DNA of 64,000 bases from Octopus sinensis (Eukaryota), in assembly GCF_006345805.1 (NCBI RefSeq), contig NC_042999.1:67580001-67644000 (forward strand). The letters are read 5' to 3'. The translations under genes and the position numbers were made by a program. The notes beneath the pieces were generated by a model that did no database searches, had not been told where the DNA came from, and saw only the letters and a list, made by a program, of their open reading frames with translations. Positions 38,501 to 51,600 of the stretch are shown piece by piece (the stretch's first letter is position 1; every line of letters begins with the position of its first letter).

Positions 38501-41500
38501 TCATCATCATCATTATCGTCATCATCTTAAATCAGCAGATATATGTGATTTATCTGATGTGTAATTGAAATGTTTTGGTTTGTGAAATTATAATTTCTAA
38601 TTTCATTCCTCATGTTGTTTTGCTTGGTGCATGTGTATGTATCTTAATTAACGAAGCTTTACACCTGTATGTATTTTGATTGTTCACCTGTTGTCTCATG
38701 TTCTCTTAAAATTGCATGCAGTGGTAAAAACAAACAAACAAACAAACAATGTTAATATTTTTCATTTAACATCTAATATAATTTGTTTCAATAACAATAT
38801 TTCAGTCATTGATATCATTCTGATATATTGGGGTTTTTTAACTAATTAATTACATTTTGTTTCTCTTTTTTTTTTCTTGTTTAATTATTTTAAAAATGGT
38901 TTCTAGCTTTGTTGCTGCGTTTCTTTAGCAAGGTTGTTAAAATATTTACTTAATGTTTTAGAAGGTTTATGAGTACACTTTTTGCTTCCCTGCAAAAAAA
39001 TGTCTTGAAAAAGCTCTATATACAAAGTTGGGTCTGAACTACTTTTCTTGACTATGTGCTGCTGAAATTGTGGTGCATCTAATATGTTTGTGTGTCTTTT
39101 ATGCCATCAAATATAGGGGTTTTTTTTCTCTAAATAAATTAATCCTTTGCCTGTTCTATGTAGTACCTGTTATACACAGGACATATTTCCCTGGTGTCCA
39201 TGCATCATATATGAAACATATTCCCAATTTTCTCAACCACCAGAGTAGCTTGGAACTTATGAAAGAAAACCTTTATATTACTTAGAAACTAGTGAGACCA
39301 TAACCCGTGGCCTATGCCAGGGGTGTAACCAGCCCACTTATGCGTACCTTTCCTTCAGGTGACACTAAACTCTGCTTGCAAAGACCTGTTGAGGCAAGTG
39401 AAATTGAAATCAAATTCGATGACTGGCATCTGTGCTAGTGGAGTGCTAAGAGCACCATCCGAGCATGAACGTTGCCAGGAGCAGCTGACTGGCTTCCGTG
39501 CTGGTGGCATGTAAAAATCACCATTCAAGTGTGATCATTACCAGCATCACCTTATTGGCACTTGTGCTGGTGGCACATGAAAAAAACATTCAGGCGAGGT
39601 CGTTGCCGGTGTCACTGGACAGGCTCCTGTACAGGTGGCACGTAAAAAACACCATTTGAGTGTGGCTGTTGCCAGTACCACCTGACTGGCCCTCATGCCA
39701 GTGGCACGTAAAAGCACCCACTAACTTTCAGAGTGGTTGGCATTAGGAAGGGCATCCAGCTGTGGAAACTGACAGATCAGATTGGAGCCTGGTGCAGCCA
39801 TCTGGTTCGCCAGTCCTCAGTCAAATCGTCCAACCCATGATAGCATGGAAAGCGGACATTAAACGATGATGATGAAGGGCTAACTAAAAATGGAAAACAA
39901 GGATGGACATTTAAGACAAACTTATAAAAAGGCTTGGGACAGGTTTAGTGAAAAAGTTTGTCTTTTAGTCCTATCAAACTCCTGACCAAACAGGTTTACT
40001 GTCTCTAATATTTCCATGGATGTAATTGAACAGTCTGTGTTATATTGTGAGACATACTCAGATTAATATGGGAAATAGAGGGTGAGATGGAAGGTCAAAA
40101 TGAAGAAATATTTCCCTACCAAGATGCACTAAATGGTCATTGTTGTTTAGCTCCAGGTCAGCTCTAATTAAGCAGCCTAAGTGATCAAAGGCATTCCCTA
40201 AACAATCAACCTATCATTTACTTGGACAATAATACAAGTTCCATCAGATGATACCAAATTTTACCATAGTTAGCATTTACTTTCTTTGTTGGTTAAATAA
40301 GTGCGGAGTAAATTCAGTGCCTTGCCTTGAATACAGGTGTAAGGATAGGCTAAAGGCAATGGATTTTTTTCTTTTATTATTTCAACCCTTTTGATACCAA
40401 CATGCCTGAAACTGCTTCTGGCTCAGTAGTACAAATGTCTTGTTTTCAAAAGTTCTGAATTAAAATCTTCCACCAAACTTTAGACACAATTTATGTTCCT
40501 GACACTAGTGTAATGATAACTAAGTTATTCTACTAAATTCTTTGTTATATTTAAAATTAATTGAAAGAAACACAAAGCATCTCAACAGAAATAAAGTAGC
40601 AATATATATGTAGCTAATTGGTTCAGAAGAAAGTAGAAGCTGTTATGCTAGCAGTGAGGGAGTCAGAGAGAAGAAACAGGAAGAGTATATAGCTAGCTAG
40701 TTCAGAGTAGAGAGTAGAGGCTGTTATTGTAGAAGTGAGAGAGAGAGAGGGGAATCAGGAGTATGTAGCTAAGTGGTTGGAAGAGATTCACAGCTGTTAT
40801 TGTAGAAGCAGAGGAGACAGGGAGGGTACAGCATCTGTAAGCCAGTGGCTGAAGTATGTTCGGTGAGTGATTTATTGCTAATAAGCCGAGTGGTTTTCTT
40901 TTTGGATGTGGTCTATATATCAGTGTGTGTGTATGTACAGAGGCAAAACTGTCTCTTAGATGTGCCAGAAAACGCAAATATTTCTCCCTTTGTGGATCTT
41001 AGAAATATTTGTGTTTTTCTGATTACTATATGGAAGTTGTTTTTGCAATGCAGTTCAAGAAATGTGATGTGTGTCAAGTCACCACAAGAGATAATTAGGT
41101 GCTGTGAGGCCCTAGAAAGACTTTGAAGGTTTTAGTTGTGTTTGTGATTAGAAAGGGTGCAGTACTAGTCTCTTTCTTTGATCTGTGTCACGATTGTGTA
41201 TTCATGCATTGAAAGGAGGCCTGGCTGTTGTGCCTCTGTTCATTATTCGCAAGGTCTCTGTTTATGAAAGTAGCTTATATCTGGCATGACATGATTAAGA
41301 TGTGTAATGATAATACCTGTGTTTGTATGGCTAAAGAGGGGTGAATAGTAAAAGCAGATTTGATAATGAGTCAGAAGGACTGTCGTCACACATGCTGCAG
41401 TAATACACTTTTATAAAAGAGTTTCCAAGCAATGAGAGACTGATGGCATCCACCTTTAATGACTTGCTTAGAGGCTCCTGCTGAGGTGATCCTTAACTGG

Positions 41501-42867
41501 GTACATAGCACAGATATTAAAACCTGACTACATGTTACCTTTCATCTGGTCTATATATTTCTTTTACCTTTAAATAAGAATTGATCATAAATTGAATGAC
41601 ATGAAATATGTTATATAAAGATTTCACTCTAGAGCTGCTTCTTTTGCATAATTCAAACATATAATAACATGCCTGGATACCAAGCCACACCAACACCAGA
41701 GCTGGATACTATAAAGGTACCTAGGGCTCTCACACATGTATTGTTTTAAATCACTTTTGTTGCTCTTATAGACAATACTTTTTTTAACTGAACCACAATC
41801 TGTTTGAAATTTTTCCAGGATTAGATAATACTGGAAAAGGCCCGAAACCAACTCTTCTAGCTATTGCTCTCCACTCTAGTCATTTAGCTGCTCATCTTTC
41901 TCAAAACAAACCAGCAAGTGTCACAGACAATCCCCCGATTTGCTCCTCTTTGCCATTGGGCAACAGCCACCAGAGCTGCTCAGAAAGCAGTGCAAACAGT
42001 GAGCAGCAAATGGAAATCAAAGTAAGTATTCTGTGCTGCCATTTCAACTGAGAGCAAATATCAACTTATTCATTTATTCATTCATTTATTTACTTATTTA
42101 CATTATGCATTTTGTGAACAATAGTGTTGGATTTAGGTTTTGTTTAGGCCAATCACTCGTTCACTGTTTTTCTTATGGCAAGAGTAACAAAGGAGTGTCT
42201 GTGCAAATCAATATATCATGTTGAACCGTTAATTCCTACACATTTTTTTTCTCTCTCCCTTTATTTTTCCCATTCTCTCTCCGTTTTTTCCCTTGTAATC
42301 CTTTCTGTCAAAGAGTGTAGGCTCGAAACTTCAGACTTTGCCATTGCTTCCTGAGTGTTAAACTAATACACCTGCTTGTTGTTCCCTCACCTGTCTTCGC
42401 CTTTTCTTTTCTGTAAGTTTGAACTAATATATATATGAGGATATTATTATTTATAATAATACCAGTGGCTTAGCATTCATTAAAAAAACCCATAACAGTA
42501 AAAAATTATCAATTAATAATTAAGGGTACTAACAAGCAGTACCGGCATGCTAAATATAGCCGTCAAAATGACTGTGGTTTGGTCATTTTGACTGCTATAT
42601 TTAGCATGCTGGTACTGCTTGTTAGTGCCCGTAATTATTAACTGATATATAATCATCATCATCATCATTTTAATGACCAGTTTTCCATGCTTGTAAGGGT
42701 CGGATGGAATTTATTGAGGCACATATTCTATGCCTGGATACCCTTCTTGTCACCAACCCTCCTCTGCTTCTAAGCTGGGTAATATTTCTCCATAGCCTGA
42801 CAAGTTTACACAGAATATTGGAAAGGAACGATGCTCATTTACAGCAGTCGAACAATGTTAAGACATG

Positions 42868-42899
<32 letters not shown>

Positions 42900-45625
42900 G
42901 AAGTTTCTTTCAGTTTCTGCCTACAAAATCCACTCACAAGACTTTGGTTGGCCTGGGGACGACTGTAGAAAACACTTGCCCAGATGCCATACACTGGGAC
43001 TGAGCTCAAACCTATGTGGTTACAAAGAGAGCTTCTTAACCACTCAGCTATACCTATGGCCACACCTGCACCTATTGTCACATCTATGCAAAAGAATATT
43101 TTTGCTCAAAGTAACTGGTTTTATCTCTGATAGATGCATCTTTCACTGATGAATGATATTTATATATGCATGTATATCACCTTGATCACCTTGACCGACC
43201 AGTCCGTTGGGCGTCCATTTGACACCGCTGGTCACAGTACGCTGTCCACTCCTCTCTAGATCGCACCTTTCTCATCCATGTGATTCTAATCATCCTCCTG
43301 AAATCGTAACTCCACTGTCGTGGAGGCCTTCCGGGTGGTTGTTTCCGCTCGCGCGGGTACCACTCGACAACTTCATGGGTCCACCGATTATTGGTGAGCT
43401 GGGCGACGTGTCCAGCCCATCTAAACTTGCTGCATGTATACTCTGCGATGACATCCCTCACGCTGGACTTCTTTCTGATGTGCTCTCTCAACGAGATACC
43501 AAGCATTGACCTTTCCATGGCTCTTTGAGCTATTACCAGTCTCTGCTCTTCTCTCTTTGTGGTAGCCCATGTTTCACTACCATATAACATTGCAGGTAGA
43601 ACTGTACTGTTGATGAGGTTGGCGTGGGTGGTCCTGTCCAACCTTCCCTTGAGCACATATGCATGTATATGTGCACGTATATATGATGATTTTTCTCACG
43701 TTTTCATTTAGCAAATTTCACTCAAAGCATTAGTCAATTCAAACTTGTAATAGAAGAGACTTTCCCAAGGCTCACCCTGCTGTGGGATTGAACCTAGGTT
43801 TATCTGGTTGCAGCGGAAACACATTAACCACACACTGTTTTAGTTTTCAATTTTAGTCATGCTATATATATAAATGGTCAAATTTCCTGTACCCTACCAA
43901 TGGAACCATAAGTTTTTAAACAAAGCAAGGACAGAAAGACATCCCTATAAGCTGCAGATTATCTTATAGTTGTCTCATCTTGACTTAACATCTGTTTTTC
44001 CATGTTGGTATGAGTTGAACGGTTCAACAGGAATTGACAAATCGGGGGTTTGTGCAAAGCTTCAGTGTCTGCTTTGGCATGGTTTCTACAGTCGGATGCT
44101 TTCCCTAATGCCAAACATTTTACAGTGTGTGCAAAGTGCTTTCTTTATGACACCGGCCTGAGCCAGGTTTCCAAGTACTTGCAAGACCCCTTCAACTGAT
44201 TCAGGGTGTGATATTGAAGGATGTGAATGTATGATAGAGGGACAGGAACTGGTGCCTTAATGAAGAGATGAATACATGACTTCCCTAGCTAATGACAAAA
44301 AGAGAGAAATGGTGAGGAAGGGCGAACCCTCAAAGTACAAGGGGAATATGAGAGAGAGAATAGAGATAGAGGAACAGAAAGTGTTAGTGCTACGAGGCTG
44401 AAAATAGTGGCATGATTAGAGATGGTGTACTACACAGGTAGAACAGTAATTAAGTATACATTTTTGTATTTTTCTATTTGTTAATTATGATAATTTCTGT
44501 TAGTTAACTGTTTCTTTGCTGACTAACACTAAACTACCTAACTTAAGTTGTTGATATATTCATATTGAGATTATGATTGAAATATCATTATTTCACAAAT
44601 GATAACTGAAGATTTTAATTGGTAAAATGATAGTTTAGTTAGGAATTTCTTAATATATTACTGGCACCTGTGCTGGTGGCATGTGTAAAAAGATTCAAGC
44701 GAGGTCGTTGACAGTACCGCCTGACTGGCCCCCATGCCGGTGGCATGTAAAAAGCACCCACTACACTTTCAGAGTGGTTGGCGTTAGGAAGGGCATCCAG
44801 CTTTAGAAACTCTGCCAGATCAAGATTGGAGCCTGGTGCAGCCATCTGGTTCGCCAGGCCTCAGTCAAAATCGTCCAACCCATGCTAGCATGGAAAGCGG
44901 ACGTTAAACGATGATGTTGATGATGATGAGTACCAGATCAATATCTACTATAATCTATAATTTTCAATTATTTTACTTCTTGCTTCCTTTCATTTGTTGA
45001 ATGCATTGTTGTAGTTACTAAGTGAATTTGATGTACAAGAAGGATTGGTTATGAGCACCAGGGGGATTTGTCATTGTGTGTTACTGCTGTGCATGTGTGC
45101 TATCATGACCGAGATACTCTTCAAGTGTCGGTGTTTCTGGGGTGGGGTGAGTTTGTTGGAGCACAACTTCATGGACCGGTAGATAACTGTAGCACAAGTG
45201 TTAGTTTCAGCACTTCACACTTCACTTGTTTCATTGACGTTGCTGCAATATTGGTGAAGTGGTGCGCTTAGTAATTTTTTTTCTACTTTATGATTATAGC
45301 AATGAGCCTTTGGATGGCAAGGGGAAACTTTTGATTCATTGATGGTGAAATGCAGACAATGGTAGCTGAGGGTCATTAGTGTTTTACCTTGACTAGTATT
45401 TGGAATATAGTGGGTACGAATAAAATGAATTCATATCTGGGTTCTCTAAAACAATACAGCTGTTGGTCAACCTCTTAGTGTTAGTGTCGCATGGTTTATT
45501 TAGGTCTTGTACAAACTATAGGAATTTGATTTAGTTCAGACCAACAAGACACATCTTATTATGGATCGTATACAGATGTTGGATTAAGAGGAGATTGTAT
45601 CTAGTACCTGATTGAATGAACAAAT

Positions 45626-45657
<32 letters not shown>

Positions 45658-46705
45658 GAAGAAGCAGAGACAAGTAAATAGATAGAGAGAAGAGAGAGCA
45701 TTATTTCAGATGAATTACTGCAGCAATTATTAGTAAATTTACAGTTAGTTTTCTAGTTGTTGTTAGGGTGTTACTTTAGATTGGTTGACTGTGTGCTTTT
45801 TTTTTTTAACTTCTAATATCACAGTCTCAGTTGATACAATTCCGTAAACGTACCTCTCTAAGGATCTGTATTACTATATCTGATAATGTACCTATTTAAC
45901 CCTTTAGTGTTCAGATTGGTCTGGCAAATGTAATGTTTATTTATTCACAATGCTTTGAATTTATCATGAATTATCTCATAACTTCAAAATTTCAATTAGA
46001 ATGACACTGTAGGGTTGGTGTGAGAAGCCAGATCTAGCCAGTTTGAAGGAAAAACAGATAGAATATTTGGGCCGGATATGATCAGTTTAAATTCTAGAGG
46101 GTTAAACGTGGGTGACACTGTGTCAGCTGATGTACATTTTAAAAGCCTCTGTAACAATGTATTATGAGGTCACAAATATCATTAATTGATGGACAAGTGA
46201 TATATCTCTTAGTGCTAACATCCTACTGAAGACATATGATCAACCTCAGTAGCTGTAATAACCTGCTGTACACTATGTACCACTGTCCATTTAACATCTG
46301 ATGCCAGACGTGATGTATCACCGTAAACGTAAACACCTCACTCTAGAGGTGTGATGCACCTCATTGTTACAGAACATTACGGTTCGAATATGATGTTATT
46401 TTGGATAGGCAGTATAAATAGTCTTGATGATTACTTACAGCAGACGGCATGAAATATAATTATGTTTCATTTTAAAATGTTGTTTTTATTGTAAACTAAA
46501 TATGTTTATTGTTGTTGCTTTATTAATAGAGAGACAACAGTAACTCCAGCTGTGAACTGGACTGCAATCAGAACCCTTCACCACCAAATTATCCCCAGGT
46601 GAAGCAACATCTGTAAGTGAACTCTTTGAATGAATGAATACACACACACACACACACACACACATGTATGCATGCGCGCACACATACACTTGTTTTTATA
46701 TATAC

Positions 46706-46736
<31 letters not shown>

Positions 46737-47805
46737 ATATATAAAATTAGAGAAAAAACCACCTTTTACCAATTCAAAATGAACAATTAAATTACACCAT
46801 CTAGAAAATTACATATAATAGAAATATTAAAATTGAAATAACAATATTATTGTTATTCTAATTTTAATATTTCAATATTTCTATTATATGTAATTTTCTA
46901 GATGGTGCAATTTAATTGTTCATTTTGAATTGATAAAAGGTGTTTTTTTTCTAATTTTTATATATATATATATTATATTTTGTGAAATTTGATTTAGTAT
47001 TTCTAAATTGAAGTTAGGAATAATATTCCCTCAAATAGTAATTATTTTATATATATATATATATCACTCCTCCTCATCTTTGTCACTCCTAGCCAAAACC
47101 ACTTCCTTTTGCACCCTGCTTTCAAGCTGAAGGGTCGTGTTCCCATGCGCTGCTACTACAACATCCTCCATCTATGCCAGAAAAAAAGGCCTTTTCGTTT
47201 GTTTTTTTGTCCATTTTGATTTCTCGTATTGTAATTTCTTTTTATTTCTCGTTTTGTTTTTTCTTGTACATGTATTTTTATCTTGTATTTTATTTTGCAG
47301 TTTTTTTTGTATCGTTTTTACGTCCTGTTTTTGTTACATTTTTTCATGTCTGTTTTTACCCCTCTGCGAGGCAATTTTGTTTTAATTCTCTCGCAGGAAG
47401 GACTAGTTGACGAGTCGTGTCCTGTCTTCTCTTCGAAACACACTTGAATCTGCTAGTGACAGCTGATGATTGGGGATTTTTCCTTGTGTAGTATGTCCTG
47501 TACCTTGTTTTTCTGTTGTAAAAAATAATGTTTTTCCCGTTTTCGTTTCTCGTTGAGTTCCACGTCTCTGTTTTTTTTGTTGTAAAAAAATGGCTTTTCC
47601 GTTTTCGTTTTTCGTTGAGTTCTACGTCTAGTTGTGGTGTCCTGTACTCACGTATATATATTTATATATACATGTAGATGTAGGTACGTACATATATGTT
47701 TGTATGTATGCATATATTTTATTTATTACATTATTGTCTGACAGCGCATTCGCATCAGGTTCGATTCGATTCGTCGCTTTGTTCCATTTCTCTTCCTCCC
47801 AGTAT

Positions 47806-47856
<51 letters not shown>

Positions 47857-48312
47857 GAGAGAGAGAGAGGTAATGGTGTCATTGAGACCCAAAGGTGTTA
47901 GGTAATGCTGAATAAGTGCTATAGATGGACTGCACTTAAGTTCCAGATTCGGTGATAATACGAATAAGGGGTTCAACATTGGTCATATGTCAGTGTGTGT
48001 ATATAAAAATTGCGAAATAAAATTTTTATATACATATATATTTATGTTAATATCAAACAGTGAGAATGAGTGCTCAACAACTGCATTAGTGGACAAATAT
48101 TTTTTTTTTGTGGTGGTGGGGTTAGCATATCCCTCTGATATTTGTATATATTTGTTTATTCCCAAATCTCATGTGATCTCGCATGACCTCGTCTTATCAT
48201 CCAAGATAGCAATGAGCACCAATGTCCCATGTGGCAGGCTTGATACTTGTTGACATGTCTCTCTACAAGAAAGCAATGGTAGCTTTGTTAACCCACAAAT
48301 CAAGTGTGCATA

Positions 48313-48357
<45 letters not shown>

Positions 48358-48588
48358 TTTATTTAAAAGCAGCAGAAATATAACATAAGCTGTTACTCGG
48401 AGTTTCACGTTCCCGTTCGTTGGACAGTTTTGTTAAAATAGAACCGAAAACTGTCTGACGAATGGGAACGTGAAACTCCGAGTAACAGCTTTTGTTATAT
48501 TTCTGGTGCTTTTAAATAAAGCATATTACTCTACCATTGGTATTTGAGTACTCTTTTTTCCACCTTGTTTCACATTTATGCTTACTCC

Positions 48589-48624
<36 letters not shown>

Positions 48625-51600
48625 TAGATAGACATGGTGTTTTTTTCTCTCTCATGCCTATATTTTAGAAATGCTTCTCTTTTTCTTTCTCTATTTCCCT
48701 CCCCTTTTCTCTCTCTTTCTCTCCTCTCTCTTTCTCTCTCTCTCCCTCTCTCTCTCTTTCTCTCTCCCTCTCTCTCTCTCCCTCCCTCTCTCTCTCCCTC
48801 TCTCTCTTTCTCTCTCTCTTTCCCTCTTGCTCTCTGTTAAGTGTCATGGCCACTGTCTTCCTTCTTAACTAAAAGATATAATATAAAATAAAGACTTCAG
48901 AGTTCTGTCTTTGCATTTTCTTTCCATGTATTATTCTGTTAAAACTAGTTCTCCTCCATAGAATACATGTGAGAGTACCAAAAAAAGTCTTTCAGTGTTA
49001 AATATGTTCAACTATTGCATCTCTTAACCCTACACAGACTGTTGTATCTTTTGTTTACCATTTCATTTTGAAACACATTGAGGAAGATAGAAACACGCAT
49101 TCTCTCTCATGTACACACACACACACACACACACGCGCGCGCGCACATGCACACACACACACACACACAGAGCTTTGCTTTTATTCATATCTGTACTAAT
49201 TCTCTTTTATTTTCTTTCGCAGACAACGGCCGAAAGATTTTCCTCAAGAGGTCAAAAGCTATGTTTTCAAATTTGAGCATCTTCCTTCTGTACTGAACTG
49301 TAATTTCTGTACTAAGTTGATTTCAAATTTGACCGGTTCCAACGAGACAAAACGGAAAGGAGAAATCTGCGAGTACGTTGAATACTTGTTCTGGAGCTAT
49401 GCTGTCCAGTACACACGCCCAAACATTATGAACCCTACATGTGTTGTACTTACTCAGAAGCACATCTTCATCCAACACTTTGATGGTTACAGTCAGGATT
49501 TCCCAGGAGTTCCTCATACTACTACATATTATATTCTTCCTTTGTGTAACATTCAACGAATTCTTATCAGCCACAATATTGTTCAACTCGAAGAATCTTT
49601 CGTCGGTCCCAGTGGGATTTTCCTTCTCTACCAAGTTGAATCTCATCAAATTAAAACCTTTACCGATATTTTGAAAAAATGCTACCAAAACAACGCTGAT
49701 CAAGAAGTTCCCAAAATTATTGATATTTCAGGACAGCTTTATTTTTCGGATTTGATTGAGAATGTGGAATCAAAAGAAGGTTTGTATTCTTCAGAAATAA
49801 CATTTACTGCCATTGTTATATACGATGCCATGTGGCATACTTTGGCTGTATCTGAGAATTATTTGTACCTAGTGGAAACGGAAGATTTCTTTTTTAGCAC
49901 AGACTGTTTTGTCAGTGAGAATCCTGATTCCGATGCTGTTGACAAGAATAACAAACATTCAATTCTTAAATACTACCCTATCATGGCAGGTGGAAATGTA
50001 AGCTTTAAATGGTGTCAAAATGGCAGCAAACAACTTCGTTTTCCAGAGATTCTAAATAATGTCAGATATGAACTTCATCCACTATCAATGGAATTCAATT
50101 GCCAAGGGAAAACGGAATGTCTTGCTCTACATTTTCTTAGTGCAAAAACACGGGATGAGTATTTAGAAAAATTCACAAGTCTTCGAGCACTGAATGTCAA
50201 TAGACTGTCTTTAGCTGCACGCCAGGAACCTGAAGGAGCTAATGAAGATAATGATGTTGAATGTAAGAAATTGCTTGTAACTAGCGATGACATAGTTTTA
50301 ACCAAAGATTGCCTTACAATAAATCACAGTTCCAGCTTGACCGTTTCCTCTCCAAATTCATCTAGTTCCCTAAAAACCCCTGTCAATGTGCAGGATGTAA
50401 GAAGACCAAGTTTCACAATGCCATGTGAAGAACAGCTGACTTACCTAACACAGTGTAACTTGACGTACAAATTAGTCAAATCTCGATCTCCTTGCTTAGA
50501 AAGTATCGGGAAAATGAATGGTTACGAACTGATACAGTTTTTTCATACAAATATTGCTCACATAGGTTTTGAGAATGAGGAGATGATGTATGTTGTTTGG
50601 GCAGATGTTGTTCCTTACAGAAACCCAGATCAAGAAATTCTATCATTAGTAGTTCTCACCTCGAGGGCAGTCTATTGTATTTCTGATACTAAAGTGAAAT
50701 TACCACCTAAATCCAAACACACATGGATGACACACTATCGTCACAAATCAGACTCAGCCATTGACGATCATCTGATACAAGGGAAATCTGAGGACAGCCA
50801 TTGTTCTGGTATCCTACACAAAGGCGGATTCCAGCATTCTCAACTTCCTCGAGCATTTATTACCATTCCTCTGTCTCAGCTGGTCCAGGTTAACATTGGT
50901 ATGTTTAACCAATGTTTACGCTTTACTGGACCTTCAGATGACTTAGTTTGTACTGTTGTTACTCGTGATTGTGCAACTACTGAAATTTTTCTACAGGTGA
51001 CTTTCTCTGTTCTCTCTTCAAATGTTGTTACTTCTGCTGACACACCATCAGATTCTGAGATGGATTTCTACAGCCTTGTCACAAAATCTCGTTCTGCTAC
51101 AGAAGGAAGTGAATACATCCATCCCAGCAAGGTTCGCTTTTGTTACCCTGGTGAAGAAACAATTTCAGACATTTTGTATATAATCTCTGATATCTCAAGG
51201 GAGCAGGTCCTGCCTAATCTCAAAACTCCTTACCTTATATGGATTTACATTCTGGGATTCCAGATCCCTATGGAAGCTAGTGTGTCTGAAGCAGTTGATA
51301 AAGCTATCCCTCGAACTGTCATCTTAACTAACCGACACATCTGCCTTTGTGCTGAGGATTTGGTTAGCTACCCACTTCCAGATTTTGCTCGGGGGTTGCC
51401 TGACAAGCCACGCCATCGCATTCTGGACGTACGAAAAATTGAATACCTAAAGCGGATACTTGTAGATTCTGAACCTCTTAAATGTTTAACACTTGTGTTC
51501 TCAGACGAAGATGACGAAATAGAGGTTGATGCCTCTTTCGAATATTACAGTCCCAAAGAAGAACTGCAGGGCCGTGTGTCCCCTCCTGAAATTAGTGTGA

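Noticed and set aside
49323-50305. Antisense and alternative-frame ORFs over the last exon
   Set aside because: Expected shadows of a long coding exon, with no independent support.
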